A stretch of 64,000 nt of DNA from an uncultured Gemmatimonadales bacterium (GTDB lineage: Bacteria > Gemmatimonadota > Gemmatimonadetes > Longimicrobiales > RSA9). The notes beneath the pieces were generated by a model, which had not been told where the DNA came from, did no database searches, and worked only from the letters and a program-made list of their open reading frames with translations. Below are positions 1 to 10,635 of this stretch, one piece after another; position 1 is the first letter of the stretch; the number at the start of each line of letters is the position of its first letter. The stretch covers positions 256,001 to 320,000 of the forward strand of contig CAWCUS010000001.1 in the NCBI GenBank assembly GCA_963798845.1. Direction: 5' to 3'. The translations under genes were made by a program, and so were the position numbers.

Positions 1-14
1 GCTTGCCCTCCAGG

Positions 15-602
15 TCAATCGGAAGCATGGAATCGCCCTTCCACGATGTCGCAGATCACGTGGCCTATGGCCAGCTGGAGCTCCTGCGCCCGGGCGCCGT
101 CGTCCGTAGGAAGGACCAGCGCGTGGTCCACCGCGGCCGCGAGCGGACCACCCCCGCGGGCGAGAAGGGCCACCGTGACCACTCCGGCGCCCCGAGCCGC
201 TTCTGCGGCGCGGAGCAGGTTCGGCGACTTGCCGGACGTGCTGTGCACGAAGAGGAGGTCGCCACGGCTGCCCAGCGCCTCGACCTGGCGCGCGAACACC
301 TGCTCGAACCCGAGGTCGTTCGCGGCGGCGGTCAGGAGTGACGTGTCCGTGGTCAGCGCGACGGCCGGGAACGGCACGCGGTCGCGACGGAAGCGGACCA
401 CGTACTCCGTCGCCAGGTGCTGCGCGTCCGCCGCCGACCCGCCGTTGCCGCAGAAGAGGAGCTTGTGGCCGGCTTCGAGGGTGGAGATCGTGAGCTCCGC
501 CAGCTCCGCCACGTCGCCTGCCATGTCACGCGCGACGACGGCCGCAAGGGCGGCAAGCGCTTCCAGCTGCCGTATCGCCGCGTCCACCGCCGGACTCTTC
601 AT
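15..602 (-). CDS. gmhA: D-sedoheptulose 7-phosphate isomerase (SIS domain)
   Basis: CGNGGSAADAQH, ANDLGFEQVFARQVEAL and STSGKSPN motifs; ATG at 602 overlaps the upstream stop. Confidence 0.92.
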   Translation of the reverse strand: MKSPAVDAAIRQLEALAALAAVVARDMAGDVAELAELTISTLEAGHKLLFCGNGGSAADAQHLATEYVVRFRRDRVPFPAVALTTDTSLLTAAANDLGFEQVFARQVEALGSRGDLLFVHSTSGKSPNLLRAAEAARGAGVVTVALLARGGGPLAAAVDHALVLPTDDGARAQELQLAIGHVICDIVEGRFHASD

Positions 603-931
603 TCGAATGCTTTCGATCCGGTGAGCAATCCGTCGAAGCGGGACGGGGCCAGGGCACGCGTCAGCCGGTCGAGAGCCTCCGGCCCGGATTCCGCCGCAGC
701 CTCGCACGCGTACGTCAGGAGCGCGTCCGCAGCCAGGAGCGGCGCCGCCGACGTCCGGCCGCCGGGGCCGTCGATCACCGCGGCGAGACCGCCCAGCGCC
801 GCGGCGGCCAGCCGCTCGGCCACGTCGCCCGTGGGCGGCGCGTGCCGCTCGAGCATCGTCACGACGTGCGCCTTCAACGGCTCCGGCATTGGCGGTCGCC
901 GCGCCGCCACCCACTCCGTCAGGTCGATCAA
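599..931 (-). CDS. Hypothetical protein, 110 aa, helical
   Basis: ORF coupled by 4-bp overlaps to alaS and gmhA. Confidence 0.7.
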   Translation of the reverse strand: MIDLTEWVAARRPPMPEPLKAHVVTMLERHAPPTGDVAERLAAAALGGLAAVIDGPGGRTSAAPLLAADALLTYACEAAAESGPEALDRLTRALAPSRFDGLLTGSKAFE

Positions 932-3603
932 TGGGCCTCGAGAAGCGCTCGCACGATCTCGGGCGCTTTCGCCAGCGCGGCCCCGACGAGCTCCGGATCG
1001 CCCACGCCTCCCTGCGCCATGTGCGGCCGCCCGCCACCCGAGCCCCCCGTCAGTCTGGCGACCTCGCGCACCACATGGTCGGCACGCACGCCCCGGCCGA
1101 TCAGGTCGTCGGTGACCACGGAGAAGAGCGCGGTACGCTCCCCCGACACAGCGGCCAGGACCACCACGCCGCTGCCGAGCCGGTCCCGCAGCTGGTCGCC
1201 CAGCGCCCGCAGCTCGTCCTGGTCGGCCACTTCCACCTGCTCGGCCACGATCCTCGCCCCGTCCACCTGCGCAGCCGCTTCCACCAGGCGCCCCACCACG
1301 TCCGCCGCGCCCTGGCGCCTGGCCCGCTCCAGCTGCCTCTCCAGCTCCCGCACCTCGCCCTGCAGCTGCTCGACCCGGCGCACCACCATCTCCGGCGGCA
1401 CCCTCAGGATCTCGGATGTCTCCCGCAGCGCGTCTTCCTGGCGAACCGCCAGCCGGTATGCCTCGCGGCCGGTCACCGCCTCGATCCGGCGCACGCCCGC
1501 GCCCGTGCCCGTCTCACTCACGATGCGGAAGAGCCCGATCTCGCCCGTCCGCCGCACGTGCGTGCCGCCGCACAGCTCGCGGCTCACGCCCGGGACCGTG
1601 ATCATCCGCACCACATCTCCGTACTTCTCGCCGAACAGCGCCATGGCGCCCTTTTCGATCGCGTCATCGTAGCGGAGGAAGTCGATGAAGACGTCCTGGT
1701 CCTGGAGGATGGCCTCGTTCACCTCGTCCTCCACCCGACGGATCTGCTCGGGCGTCATCGGCTGCGCATGCGAGAAGTCGAAGCGCAGCCGGTCCGGCGC
1801 CACCAGCGAGCCACGCTGGAGAACGTGTTCGCCCAGCACCTTGCGCAGTCCGGCGTGCAGCAGGTGCGTGGCCGTGTGGTTCCGCTCGGTGTCGTGGCGG
1901 GTCGGGCCCGCCACGCGCGCGACCACCGGCACGGGCGCCACGGCATCCGGGAAGTCGCCCTCCACATCTCCGAGCACGGCCGCGCGGCCACCCACGCGTC
2001 GAACGTCGTCCACCACCACGCGCCAGCCGTCGCCTTCCACCTCGCCCCTGTCGCTGATCTGGCCGCCCGACTCGACGTAGAACGGGTTCTCCCGCAGCTG
2101 GAGCGCCACGCGGCCGTCCTGGCGTCGGAACGCGACGACATCCGTCTCCACGTCCGTCCGCTCGTAGCCCACGAACTCCGGCTCCGCTTCGTCCAGCTCC
2201 GTCCAGCCGTGCGCCAGGGCGTCCCCGGCCTCGATTCCCGCAGCCTCACGATCGGCGCGCGAACGTGCTCGCTGCTCCTCCAGCGCCCTCTCGAACCCGT
2301 CCATGTCGACGGCGTAGCCCCGCTCCTCCGCCATCAGCTCGGTCAGGTCCAGCGGGAAGCCGAACGTGTCGTACAGCCGGAACGCGTCCTCGCCCACGAT
2401 GAGCTTGCCGGAACCGGCCGTCGCGGCCGCCTCCGCCGGCTGCCCCTGGAGCGTCTGTGCCGGCGCCACCTCGTCGAAGCGCGCCATGCCTTCCTCGATG
2501 GTGGTGAGGAAGCGCTCCTCCTCCATGCGCGTGGCGCGCAGCAGATGGTCGCGCCGGGAGCGAAGCTCGGGGTAGGCGTCGGCCATGCGGTCCACCACCT
2601 CGTCCACCACTTCCGCCAGCGTCGGCTCGCGACGGCCGAGCAGCCACGCGTGGCGGATCGCCCGGCGCATGATGCGGCGCAGGACGTAGCCCCGGCCCGA
2701 GTTGCTCGGGAACACCCCGTCGGCAAGCAGGAACGCCGTTGCGCGGGAGTGGTCCGCGAGCACGCGGTAGGACACGCCGGCCTCGGTCCCGGGATCGTAG
2801 GGCACGCCCACCACGCGGACGGCGCGCTCGATCAGGGGCGTGAACAGGTCCGTCTCGTAGTTCGACGAGACTCCCTGCATGACGCTCGCGATCCGCTCCA
2901 GGCCGGCACCCGTATCGATCGATGGACGCGGCAGCGGGTTCAGCTCGCCATCCGCAGCGCGGTTGTACTGCATGAACACGAGGTTCCACAGCTCCAGGAA
3001 CTCCCCCGCCTCCCCCTTGACCTCGAAGGCATCGGCCGTGAGGTCGGTGCCGCGCTCACCCTCCGGGCGCATGTCCCAGTGGATCTCGCTGCACGGGCCG
3101 CACGGGCCGGTGTCACCCATCTGCCAGAAATTGTCCTTGTCGCCAAGCCGGAAGATCCGGCTCTCGGGCAGCCCGGCCACCTCCTGCCAGAGCCCGTACG
3201 CCTCGTCATCGGTGTAGTGGACCGTGGCCCAGAGTCGATCCTTCGGCAGCCCGTACACTTCCGTGAAAAGGCGCCAGGCGAAGTCGATGGCGTCCCGCTT
3301 GAAGTAGTCGCCGAAGGAGAAGTTCCCGAGCATCTCGAAGAAGGTGTGGTGCCTCGCCGTGCGCCCCACCTCCTCCAGGTCGTTGTGCTTGCCGCTCACG
3401 CGCAGGCACTTCTGCGACGTCGTCGCCCGCCTGATCCCCAGCGACTCCTCGCCCAGGAACACCTTCTTGAACTGGACCATCCCGGCGTTCGTGAACATGA
3501 GCGTGGGGTCGTCCTTGGGGACCAGCGCCGAGCTCGGCCGGATGTCGTGGCCGTTGCGCTCGAAGAACTCCAGAAACTTCCGCCTGATCTCGCTTGCCGT
3601 CAT
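928..3603 (-). CDS. alaS: Alanine--tRNA ligase
   Basis: FTNAGMVQFK, HHTFFEMLGNFSFGDYFK, HTATHLL and ELCGGTHV editing motifs, C-terminal GGGRP. Confidence 0.99.
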   Translation of the reverse strand: MTASEIRRKFLEFFERNGHDIRPSSALVPKDDPTLMFTNAGMVQFKKVFLGEESLGIRRATTSQKCLRVSGKHNDLEEVGRTARHHTFFEMLGNFSFGDYFKRDAIDFAWRLFTEVYGLPKDRLWATVHYTDDEAYGLWQEVAGLPESRIFRLGDKDNFWQMGDTGPCGPCSEIHWDMRPEGERGTDLTADAFEVKGEAGEFLELWNLVFMQYNRAADGELNPLPRPSIDTGAGLERIASVMQGVSSNYETDLFTPLIERAVRVVGVPYDPGTEAGVSYRVLADHSRATAFLLADGVFPSNSGRGYVLRRIMRRAIRHAWLLGRREPTLAEVVDEVVDRMADAYPELRSRRDHLLRATRMEEERFLTTIEEGMARFDEVAPAQTLQGQPAEAAATAGSGKLIVGEDAFRLYDTFGFPLDLTELMAEERGYAVDMDGFERALEEQRARSRADREAAGIEAGDALAHGWTELDEAEPEFVGYERTDVETDVVAFRRQDGRVALQLRENPFYVESGGQISDRGEVEGDGWRVVVDDVRRVGGRAAVLGDVEGDFPDAVAPVPVVARVAGPTRHDTERNHTATHLLHAGLRKVLGEHVLQRGSLVAPDRLRFDFSHAQPMTPEQIRRVEDEVNEAILQDQDVFIDFLRYDDAIEKGAMALFGEKYGDVVRMITVPGVSRELCGGTHVRRTGEIGLFRIVSETGTGAGVRRIEAVTGREAYRLAVRQEDALRETSEILRVPPEMVVRRVEQLQGEVRELERQLERARRQGAADVVGRLVEAAAQVDGARIVAEQVEVADQDELRALGDQLRDRLGSGVVVLAAVSGERTALFSVVTDDLIGRGVRADHVVREVARLTGGSGGGRPHMAQGGVGDPELVGAALAKAPEIVRALLEAH

Positions 3604-3814
3604 GCCTCTTCCCGTCCCGTGCTTCCGCCTTTCTCAAGCCGAGCGCCCAATATAGGAGATGCGCCGGCCAATGCGAAGCCGCCACGCCCTCCCGATACCC
3701 CGCTCTCCCACGGACGATCGGCCACGCGCGTCCCGGGGGCGCGCAGAGCAGGGCCGCGGCGAGGTGACAGGGGGTGCCCTGCAGCCAGCGACCGCCGTGG
3801 AAACACGTTCGACG

Positions 3815-3862
3815 AAGAAAGAAATACGGGGAGCGGCCGCCTCCGGCGCGGCCCGCCCCCCG
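3815..3862 (-). terminator. Probable intrinsic terminator downstream of recA
   Basis: Minus strand GC-rich hairpin CGGGGGGCGGGCCGC-loop-GCGGCCGCTCCCCG followed by TATTTCTTTCTT. Confidence 0.7.
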
Positions 3863-3913
3863 ATTCGCCCGGCTCTCTATCCGGTTTCCCGTGAGAGAGA
3901 GTGCCTCTGTGGC

Positions 3914-4966
3914 TCAGCTCTCCTCCGAGCTCTCGCTCTCCTCCGAGGCCGCCTGCCCCCGGGACATCCCGAGCTCCGAACGCACCTTCGCCTCGATCTC
4001 ATCCCGGATCTCGGGGCTCTCCATCAGGAAGGCTTTCGCGTTCTCCCGCCCCTGGCCCAGGCGAGTCTCACCATACGAGTACCAGGCCCCGGCCTTGTCC
4101 ACGATCCCCAGCTCCGACCCCAGGTCGATGAGCAGGCCGGTGTGGCTGATCCCCTCGTTGTACATGATGTCGAACTCGGCCTGCCGGAACGGCGGCGCCA
4201 TCTTGTTCTTCACCACCTTCACCCGCGTCCGGTTCCCCACCAGCTCCTGTCCGTCCTTGATCGCGCCGATCCGCCGGATGTCCATGCGCAGGCTCGCGTA
4301 GAACTTCAAAGCGCGGCCCCCGCTCGTGGTCTCTGGGTTCCCGAACATCACCCCGATCTTCTCGCGGATCTGGTTCGTGAACACCACCGACGTCCGCGAC
4401 CGGTTCACCGCGCCCGTCAGCTTCCGCAGCGCCTGGCTCATGAGCCGGGCCTGCAGCCCCACGTGCGAGTCCCCCATCTCCCCTTCGATCTCCGCCCGCG
4501 GCACCAACGCCGCAACGGAGTCGATGACCACTACGTCGACCGCGCCCGAGCGGATGAGCATCTCGGCGATCTCCAGCGCCTGCTCCCCCGTGTCCGGCTG
4601 GCTAACGAGCAGCGCGTCCACGTCCACGCCCAGCTTGCGCGAATACTCCACGTCCAGCGCGTGCTCGGCGTCGATGAACGCCGCCACGCCCCCGTTCTTC
4701 TGCGCGTTCGCGATCACGTGCAGGCAGAGCGTCGTCTTCCCGCTCGACTCCGGGCCGTAGACCTCCGTCATCCGGCCACGCGGAATCCCGCCGATCCCGA
4801 TCGCCGCGTCCAGGTTGATCGCCCCCGTCGAGATCGCCGCGACCTCCATCCTCGCCCCGTCCGCGCCCATCCGCATGATCGCGCCCTTGCCGTACGCCCG
4901 CTCGATCTGCGAGATCGCCACGTTCAGAGCCTTCTCCTTCTCCTTCGTCAGCTCGGCCGCTGCCAT
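3914..4966 (-). CDS. recA: Recombinase RecA
   Basis: [27 protein letters not shown] and KNKMAPPF motifs. Confidence 0.99.
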   Translation of the reverse strand: MAAAELTKEKEKALNVAISQIERAYGKGAIMRMGADGARMEVAAISTGAINLDAAIGIGGIPRGRMTEVYGPESSGKTTLCLHVIANAQKNGGVAAFIDAEHALDVEYSRKLGVDVDALLVSQPDTGEQALEIAEMLIRSGAVDVVVIDSVAALVPRAEIEGEMGDSHVGLQARLMSQALRKLTGAVNRSRTSVVFTNQIREKIGVMFGNPETTSGGRALKFYASLRMDIRRIGAIKDGQELVGNRTRVKVVKNKMAPPFRQAEFDIMYNEGISHTGLLIDLGSELGIVDKAGAWYSYGETRLGQGRENAKAFLMESPEIRDEIEAKVRSELGMSRGQAASEESESSEES

Positions 4967-5083
4967 CGCTTCACCTGTCCGTGGTGGATATTCGGGGGTT
5001 CCGCCTCAAGATGCGCATCCGCCCGGTCCGCCGGAAGTGCGCCGGGGGACAACCTAATGCCGCGACCGGCCGGGCGGCGCCTA

Positions 5084-5100
5084 CCGAACAAATGCCGAAG
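5084..5100 (-). promoter_or_regulatory. Candidate LexA/SOS operator (GAAC-N7-GAAG on the + strand)
   Basis: 16 bp identical to 19470-19485; lies 1 bp downstream of the recA -10 element. Confidence 0.7.
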
Positions 5101-5101
5101 T

Positions 5102-5130
5102 ACGTTACCCTCACCGCCCCCGCCGCGCAA
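5102..5130 (-). promoter_or_regulatory. Sigma70-type promoter of recA
   Basis: TTGCGC-17bp-TAACGT on the minus strand. Confidence 0.6.
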
Positions 5131-5193
5131 GAGCCCGCTCCACCGACGGAGCACGCGCTGCGACGGCCGGCGCAGAGAGCCGCGGCGGTCGAC

Positions 5194-6240
5194 TCAGGCA
5201 GCGTCGATGACGGCTCGGAGCGCCCGGGCGGCGGTGTGGATGCCGTCGTCGTCGACGTCCATGTGGGTGACGGCACGGAGCCGTCGCGGTGAGAACATGC
5301 TCATGAGCACGCCGTGGCTGGCGAGCGCAGCGAGGACGTCGGCGGCGAAGAGGCCGTCGCGGACGAGATCGATCATGAGGATGTTGGAATCGGGCGGTGT
5401 GGTCCGGACGCCGTCGAGGCCGCCCGCCAGGCTGGCCAGCTCGCGGGCTCGCCTGTGATCCTCCGCGAGCCTGTCGATGTTGTGGTCGAGCGCGTACAGT
5501 CCGGCGGCGGCGAGGATACCCGATTGGCGCATTGAGCCGCCCATGCGGCGGCGAACGCGCCACGCCTCGCTGATGAACGCCTCGCCGCCCGCGAGCATCG
5601 AGCCGACGGGGCAGCCGAGCCCCTTGGAGAGCGCCACCATGACGCTGTCGGCCGTGGCGGCGTACTCCGCCAGAGGCACACCCGACGCCACGCTGGCGTG
5701 CCACAATCGGGCGCCATCCATGTGGACCGGGAGGCCGTGCTCGCCGGCCACGGTCCGGACCCCCTGGAGAGCGGAGAGCGGGACGACGCGCCCGCCGCGC
5801 GCGTTGTGTGTGTTCTCGACGCAGATCAGCGCCGTGCGGGGCTGGTACCGGTTTCCGGCGGGGCGGATGGCGGCGCGCACGAGGTCGGCGGTGAGGATGC
5901 CGTCCTCGGTGGCTACCGGGCGCAGCTGCATCCCGGCCCACGCCGCGGCGGCGGCCTCCTCCCAGTCGACGAGGTGGCACGAGCCTTCGACCACCGCCTC
6001 GGCGCCGGGGCGGCCGTGGACGACAATGGCCGTCTCGTTCGCCATGATGCCGGTGGGGAAGAAGAGCGCGCTCTCCTTCCCCAGCAGCGCAGCAACGCGC
6101 TCTTCCAGCTTCCTGACCGTCGGATCGTCGCCCAGCTGGTCGTCTCCGACCTCCGCTTCGGCGATGGCAGCCCGCATTGCCGGGCTGGGCCGAGTGACCG
6201 TGTCGCTGCGAAGATCGATCACCCGGCCTTCCGTCGGCAT
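5194..6240 (-). CDS. ltaE: Low-specificity L-threonine aldolase
   Basis: IDLRSDTVTRP, ENTHN, HMDGARL and LSKGLGCPVGS motifs. Confidence 0.9.
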   Translation of the reverse strand: MPTEGRVIDLRSDTVTRPSPAMRAAIAEAEVGDDQLGDDPTVRKLEERVAALLGKESALFFPTGIMANETAIVVHGRPGAEAVVEGSCHLVDWEEAAAAAWAGMQLRPVATEDGILTADLVRAAIRPAGNRYQPRTALICVENTHNARGGRVVPLSALQGVRTVAGEHGLPVHMDGARLWHASVASGVPLAEYAATADSVMVALSKGLGCPVGSMLAGGEAFISEAWRVRRRMGGSMRQSGILAAAGLYALDHNIDRLAEDHRRARELASLAGGLDGVRTTPPDSNILMIDLVRDGLFAADVLAALASHGVLMSMFSPRRLRAVTHMDVDDDGIHTAARALRAVIDAA

Positions 6241-6242
6241 GG

Positions 6243-6857
6243 CTATCCCGCGCTCGAGTACCGTTTCGCGACTTCGTCCCAGTCCACCACGTTCCACCAC
6301 GCGGACAGGTAGTCGCCCCGCTTGTTCTGGTACTTGAGGTAGTACGCGTGCTCCCACACGTCCACCCCCAGGAGCGGGACATCCCCCTTCATGTACGGGC
6401 TGTCCTGGTTGGGCGTGGCGTAAACCTTCAGTTGGCCGCCGCTCACCACCAGCCAACCCCAGCCGCTCCCGAACTGGCCCGACGCGGTGCTCGTGAGCTT
6501 CTCCTTGAAGTCGCTGAACGAGCCGAACTCGTTGTCGATCGCACCCGCCAGATCGCCCCCGGGCTCGCCGCCGCCGTTCGGCGACATGATCTTCCAGAAC
6601 ATGTCGTGGTTCGCGTACCCGCCGCCGTTGTTCCGCACGGCGGTCCGGATGTCCTCGGGCACGCTGTCGATGCTCCGCAGGATCTCCGAGATGGATCTGT
6701 CCTGCCAGTCCCGGTGCTTCTCGATCGCCGCGTTCAGCTTGTCCGTGTATCCCTTGTGGTGCCGGTCGTGGTGGATCTCCATGGTCCGCGCATCGATGTG
6801 CGGCTCGAGCGCATCGAACGAATACGGCAGGTCAGGCAGCTGGAACGGGTACGCCAT
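6243..6857 (-). CDS. sodA: Superoxide dismutase, probably Mn type
   Basis: [20 protein letters not shown] and DVWEHAYY motifs. Confidence 0.95.
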   Translation of the reverse strand: MAYPFQLPDLPYSFDALEPHIDARTMEIHHDRHHKGYTDKLNAAIEKHRDWQDRSISEILRSIDSVPEDIRTAVRNNGGGYANHDMFWKIMSPNGGGEPGGDLAGAIDNEFGSFSDFKEKLTSTASGQFGSGWGWLVVSGGQLKVYATPNQDSPYMKGDVPLLGVDVWEHAYYLKYQNKRGDYLSAWWNVVDWDEVAKRYSSAG

Positions 6858-6965
6858 GGCTCCTCCTCGAGGGTGTCACGAGAATCGTGTCTCTGCAGCA
6901 TGCACTGGAGAACGAGGCAGGGGCCGCAATACGGGTGCCATTACCGGGAACGTCCGGGGGGTGGG

Positions 6966-7196
6966 CTAGGCTTCCTCCAGCTCGCGTCCGCACTCGGCGC
7001 AGAAGCGGCTCGAGGGGGGATTGGCGGCCCGGCAACGGGGGCAGACGGTGCCCGCGGCCACGGCCGCGCGGTAGCGAGCCAGGTCCTGGTCGAGTGTGGG
7101 TGCGTCCGGATAGCGGCCTCGGCCGGCCAGGACCGGGAAAGCCACGGCGGCCAGGGCAATGAGGGCGAGCGCGCCGATGATCACGTACTGGAACAT
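6966..7196 (-). CDS. Small membrane-anchored zinc-ribbon protein
   Basis: N-terminal TM helix, then CPRC...FCAECG. Confidence 0.75.
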   Translation of the reverse strand: MFQYVIIGALALIALAAVAFPVLAGRGRYPDAPTLDQDLARYRAAVAAGTVCPRCRAANPPSSRFCAECGRELEEA

Positions 7197-7198
7197 GG

Positions 7199-7606
7199 TC
7201 AGTTCAGCTGGTGGGAAAGCGTGAGGCCCAGGGCGACGCCTGCGGCGTCCCAGGTGAGATCCTTCAGGCTGAAGCGGCGGCCGGCGCGGCGGTCGTGGAC
7301 CTCCTTGCCGATCCCTGCCACGAAGGCAGCGGCCCCGGCAGCTGTGAACGCGGCCTGGCGCCGGAAGACGGTACGGCCGAACCCGTTTCCCAGGGCGGTG
7401 AGGGCGAACGACATGGTGAGGTGCCGGAGCTTGTCTTCCGCGATCCAGCGGTCCGGGCCTTCGGGCTGCGGCGCGGCGGCGGGGTGTGGCGGCCCGGCCA
7501 GGACGAGGCCGGGGTGCGCGATCTCCCCGTATGGCGCCGCGACCGGTCGCCCCGCGCCGTGCGCGGCCAGGAGCGCGACGGCCATGGCGAGGCCAGCCGG
7601 GATCAT
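7199..7606 (-). CDS. YfiM/DUF2279-like exported or membrane protein
   Basis: Signal-like N-terminus; DRWIAEDKLRH, GKEVHD and FSLKDLTWD motifs. Confidence 0.6.
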   Translation of the reverse strand: MIPAGLAMAVALLAAHGAGRPVAAPYGEIAHPGLVLAGPPHPAAAPQPEGPDRWIAEDKLRHLTMSFALTALGNGFGRTVFRRQAAFTAAGAAAFVAGIGKEVHDRRAGRRFSLKDLTWDAAGVALGLTLSHQLN

Positions 7607-8076
7607 CGGGCGACCGCCTGGAACGCCAGCTCCACCGCTTCCTCCCCGGTCTCGGCGAGCAGCAGCTCGAGCCCGGCCGTGAGCCCGGGCCGGAGCAGGA
7701 CGACGGGGACGCTGACCTTGGTCGCCAGCGCCACTTCGGAGAGCGTTCCCCACTCGCCGCCGATGGCGATCAGGGCATCGGCCGTACGGGCCACGAGCAG
7801 GTTCCTGCCTTCGCCGAGCCCGGTGGGCAGCGGAATCAGGATATGGCGGTTCGCGTTGCGGGCGTCACCCCCCGGCAGGAACCCGATGGTGATCCCATCC
7901 TCGGTCCGGGCACCGCGGGCGGCGGCTTCCATGACACCGCCCAGGCCGCCGCACAGGAGGACGCCGCCCCGCCTGGCGACGTGCCGCCCCACGTCCTCGG
8001 CCAGGCGGGCGAGCTCGGCGTCGCAGATCCCGGCACCGGCCACCGCGATCCGGATGGGCGGACGCGCGTCACTCAT
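7603..8076 (-). CDS. LOG/TIGR00725 family nucleotide-binding protein
   Basis: [21 protein letters not shown] and [12 protein letters not shown] motifs. Confidence 0.85.
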   Translation of the reverse strand: MSDARPPIRIAVAGAGICDAELARLAEDVGRHVARRGGVLLCGGLGGVMEAAARGARTEDGITIGFLPGGDARNANRHILIPLPTGLGEGRNLLVARTADALIAIGGEWGTLSEVALATKVSVPVVLLRPGLTAGLELLLAETGEEAVELAFQAVAR

Positions 8077-9589
8077 GGGTCGCCCAGTGCAGCGCGGTTT
8101 CCACGGCCCGCTCCCACCCGCGGACCTGGCGTCCACGCTCCGCCGCGTCCATGCGCGGCTCGAAGTGGTCCGGCTCGGGGCGAGCGCCGAGAAACGCCCC
8201 GGCATCGGGCCAGACGCCCGTGGCGAGGCCGGCGAGCCCGGCGGCGCCGAGGGCCGTGGTCTCCAGGTTCTGCGGGCGCCGGACCGGGAGCCCGAGGAGG
8301 TCTGCCTGGAACTGCATCATCCAGTCGTTGGCGGCGGCGCCACCGTCCACGGCCAGCTCGCGGGCGCGCACGCCGGAATCGGCTTCCATGGCGAGGAGCA
8401 CCTCGCGCGTGGAGTGGGCCATGGCTTCGAGTGACGCCCTGGCCAGGTGCCGAGCGCCGCTGCCTCGGGTCAGCCCTACCAGCGTGCCGCGCGCCTCGGG
8501 GTTCCAGCGCGGCGCGCCCAGCCCGACGAAGGCGGGGACGAAATAGACGCCGTCGTTCGAGTCGAGGGAGGCGGCCATGTCGGAAGTTTCGTCGGCGGTG
8601 TCGATGAGGCCCAGGCCGTCCCGCAGCCATTGCACCGCTGCGCCCGCGACGAAGATGGCCCCCTCCAGCGCGTACGCGGGCTGTCCGGCGGCGTCGCAGG
8701 CGATGGTGGTGAGGAGCCCGCGCTCCGACTCGATCCGCTCGTCGCCGGTGTGCAGGAGGAGGAAGGCCCCGGTGCCGTACGTGTTCTTGGCGAGACCGGG
8801 ACGCCAGCACCCCTGGCCGAACAGCGCCGCCTGCTGGTCCCCGGCCACGCCGGCCACCGGCACCGGTGCGCCGAAGAGCGCCGGGTCCGTCTCGCCGAAG
8901 ACGCCGCTGGAGGGTCGGACGTCGGGGAGCAGCGCGCGCGGGATGCCGAACAGCCCGAGCAGATCGTCGTCCCATTCCCGGGCGTCAATGTTGTAGAGGA
9001 GGGTGCGGGAAGCGTTGGTCGGGTCCGTGGCGTGGACACGGCCGCCGGTCAGCTTCCAGATCAGCCAGCTGTCCACGGTTCCCGCCGCCAGCTCGCCCGC
9101 CTCCGCCCGCTCCCCCGCCCCGTCCACGTGCTCCAGCAGCCACTCCAGCTTGGTGCCCGAGAAGTAGGGGTCCACCACCAGCCCCGTGCGCGCCCGGATC
9201 CCCGGCTCCTCGCCTGCTTCCTTCAGCGCCCGGCAGCGGCCGGCCGTGCGGCGGTCCTGCCACACGATCGCCCGGTGGACCGGCTCGCCCGTGGCGCGGT
9301 CCCACAGCACCACCGTCTCGCGCTGGTTGGTGATCCCGATCCCGGCGACGACGGGGCCTCCGCCGGCCGCGCCGTCCCCGGCGACCCGGGCGTCCGCGGC
9401 GGCCAGCGCCTCCCTCGCCACCCGCAGCGTCACTGCCCAGATTTCCGCCGCGTCGTGCTCCACCAGTCCGGGCTCGGGGAAGTGCTGCGTGAACTCGGAG
9501 TACGCACGGCCGAGGACGCGCCCGTTGGCGCCGACCACCATGCACGTGCTGCCGGTCGTTCCCTGGTCGATGGCGAGAATCGCCTTCAC
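8069..9589 (-). CDS. glpK: Glycerol kinase
   Basis: [31 protein letters not shown] and KNTYGTG motifs; GTG start with GGAGG upstream. Confidence 0.96.
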   Translation of the reverse strand: MKAILAIDQGTTGSTCMVVGANGRVLGRAYSEFTQHFPEPGLVEHDAAEIWAVTLRVAREALAAADARVAGDGAAGGGPVVAGIGITNQRETVVLWDRATGEPVHRAIVWQDRRTAGRCRALKEAGEEPGIRARTGLVVDPYFSGTKLEWLLEHVDGAGERAEAGELAAGTVDSWLIWKLTGGRVHATDPTNASRTLLYNIDAREWDDDLLGLFGIPRALLPDVRPSSGVFGETDPALFGAPVPVAGVAGDQQAALFGQGCWRPGLAKNTYGTGAFLLLHTGDERIESERGLLTTIACDAAGQPAYALEGAIFVAGAAVQWLRDGLGLIDTADETSDMAASLDSNDGVYFVPAFVGLGAPRWNPEARGTLVGLTRGSGARHLARASLEAMAHSTREVLLAMEADSGVRARELAVDGGAAANDWMMQFQADLLGLPVRRPQNLETTALGAAGLAGLATGVWPDAGAFLGARPEPDHFEPRMDAAERGRQVRGWERAVETALHWATHE

Positions 9590-10194
9590 GCCCCACCTCC
9601 TCTTTGGAGTCGGCCGAACCGGTACTGCCACCCGAGGCGCTCGAGCAGGCGGACCAGCGTGAGCAGCGGGAGCCCCATGACCGCGAAATAATCTCCCGCA
9701 ACACGCTCCACCAGCACGGCCCCGAAACCCTGGATGCCGTACGCCCCGGCCTTGTCCAGCGGCTCGCCCGTCGCGGCATACCCTTCCGCGGTGGCGCGGT
9801 CGAACGCGCGGAAGCGGACGTCCACTCCCACGGCCGCGGACACCGCCCGGCCGCCGGGAGCCACCACCGCCACACCGGTCTCCACCCGATGCTCGCGGCC
9901 CTGCAGCCGGAGCAGCATCTCGATCGCTTCGGCTTCGTCTTCCGGCTTCGTCAGGATCTCTCCGTCCAGCACCACCACCGTGTCTCCGCCCACGACGAGC
10001 GCGTCCGGGTGCCTGGCGGCGGTCACTCTCGCCTTTTCCAGAGCGAGCCGCTCAACATGTGGCGCCGGCGCTTCCTCCGCGAGCGGCATCTCGTCGACGT
10101 GCGCGGGATCCACGGTGAACTCCAGGCCGAGCTGTTCCAGCAGCGTGCGGCGGCGAGGGGAGGCGGAGGCCAGGACCAGGCGGGGCGGCGTCAT
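9586..10194 (-). CDS. maf: Maf family nucleotide pyrophosphatase
   Basis: [12 protein letters not shown] and [10 protein letters not shown] motifs. Confidence 0.93.
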   Translation of the reverse strand: MTPPRLVLASASPRRRTLLEQLGLEFTVDPAHVDEMPLAEEAPAPHVERLALEKARVTAARHPDALVVGGDTVVVLDGEILTKPEDEAEAIEMLLRLQGREHRVETGVAVVAPGGRAVSAAVGVDVRFRAFDRATAEGYAATGEPLDKAGAYGIQGFGAVLVERVAGDYFAVMGLPLLTLVRLLERLGWQYRFGRLQRGGGA

Positions 10195-10631
10195 CGCTCC
10201 AGGACGAGGGTGACCGGGCCGTCGTTCGTCAGCTCCACGTTCATCATCGCGCCGAACTCACCGCTCTCCACGCGTCCAGGGGCCCGCTCCCGCAGGAGCT
10301 CGAGGAAACGCTCGTAGAGCGGCTCCGCCGCTTCGGGCGGGGCGGCGCCGATGAAGCTGGGCCGGCGCCCCTTCCGCACATCGCCGTAGAGGGTGAACTG
10401 GCTCACGACCAGGAGCGCGCCTCCCACGTCGTCCAGCGCGAGGTTCATCTTCCCCTCGTGGTCGGCGAACAGGCGGAGCCCGATGATCTTGTCCGCCATC
10501 CAGGTCAACGCGCCATCGTCGTCGTCCGGGGCGAAGCCGGCCAGGACCACGAAGCCGCGGCCGATCCGCCCCACGATCCGGCCGTCGATCCGGACTTCGG
10601 CCCGGCTCACGCGCTGCAGGACGATCCGCAC
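10191..10631 (-). CDS. dtd: D-aminoacyl-tRNA deacylase
   Basis: QRV, SQFTL, GRRPSF and NDGPVT motifs. Confidence 0.96.
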   Translation of the reverse strand: MRIVLQRVSRAEVRIDGRIVGRIGRGFVVLAGFAPDDDDGALTWMADKIIGLRLFADHEGKMNLALDDVGGALLVVSQFTLYGDVRKGRRPSFIGAAPPEAAEPLYERFLELLRERAPGRVESGEFGAMMNVELTNDGPVTLVLER

Positions 10632-10635
10632 GCCG

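Noticed and set aside
889..3894. Very long antisense or alternate-frame ORFs (for example 889-3894, 29880-33176, 57022-62229)
   Set aside because: They shadow well-supported genes and have Arg/Pro/His-rich, non-protein-like composition, as expected from stop-codon scarcity in high-GC DNA.
6949..6975. GGAAGC-N17-CGTT upstream of sodA as a fourth ECF promoter
   Set aside because: It mismatches both elements of the GAAAC-N17-CGTA pattern, so it is too weak to call.
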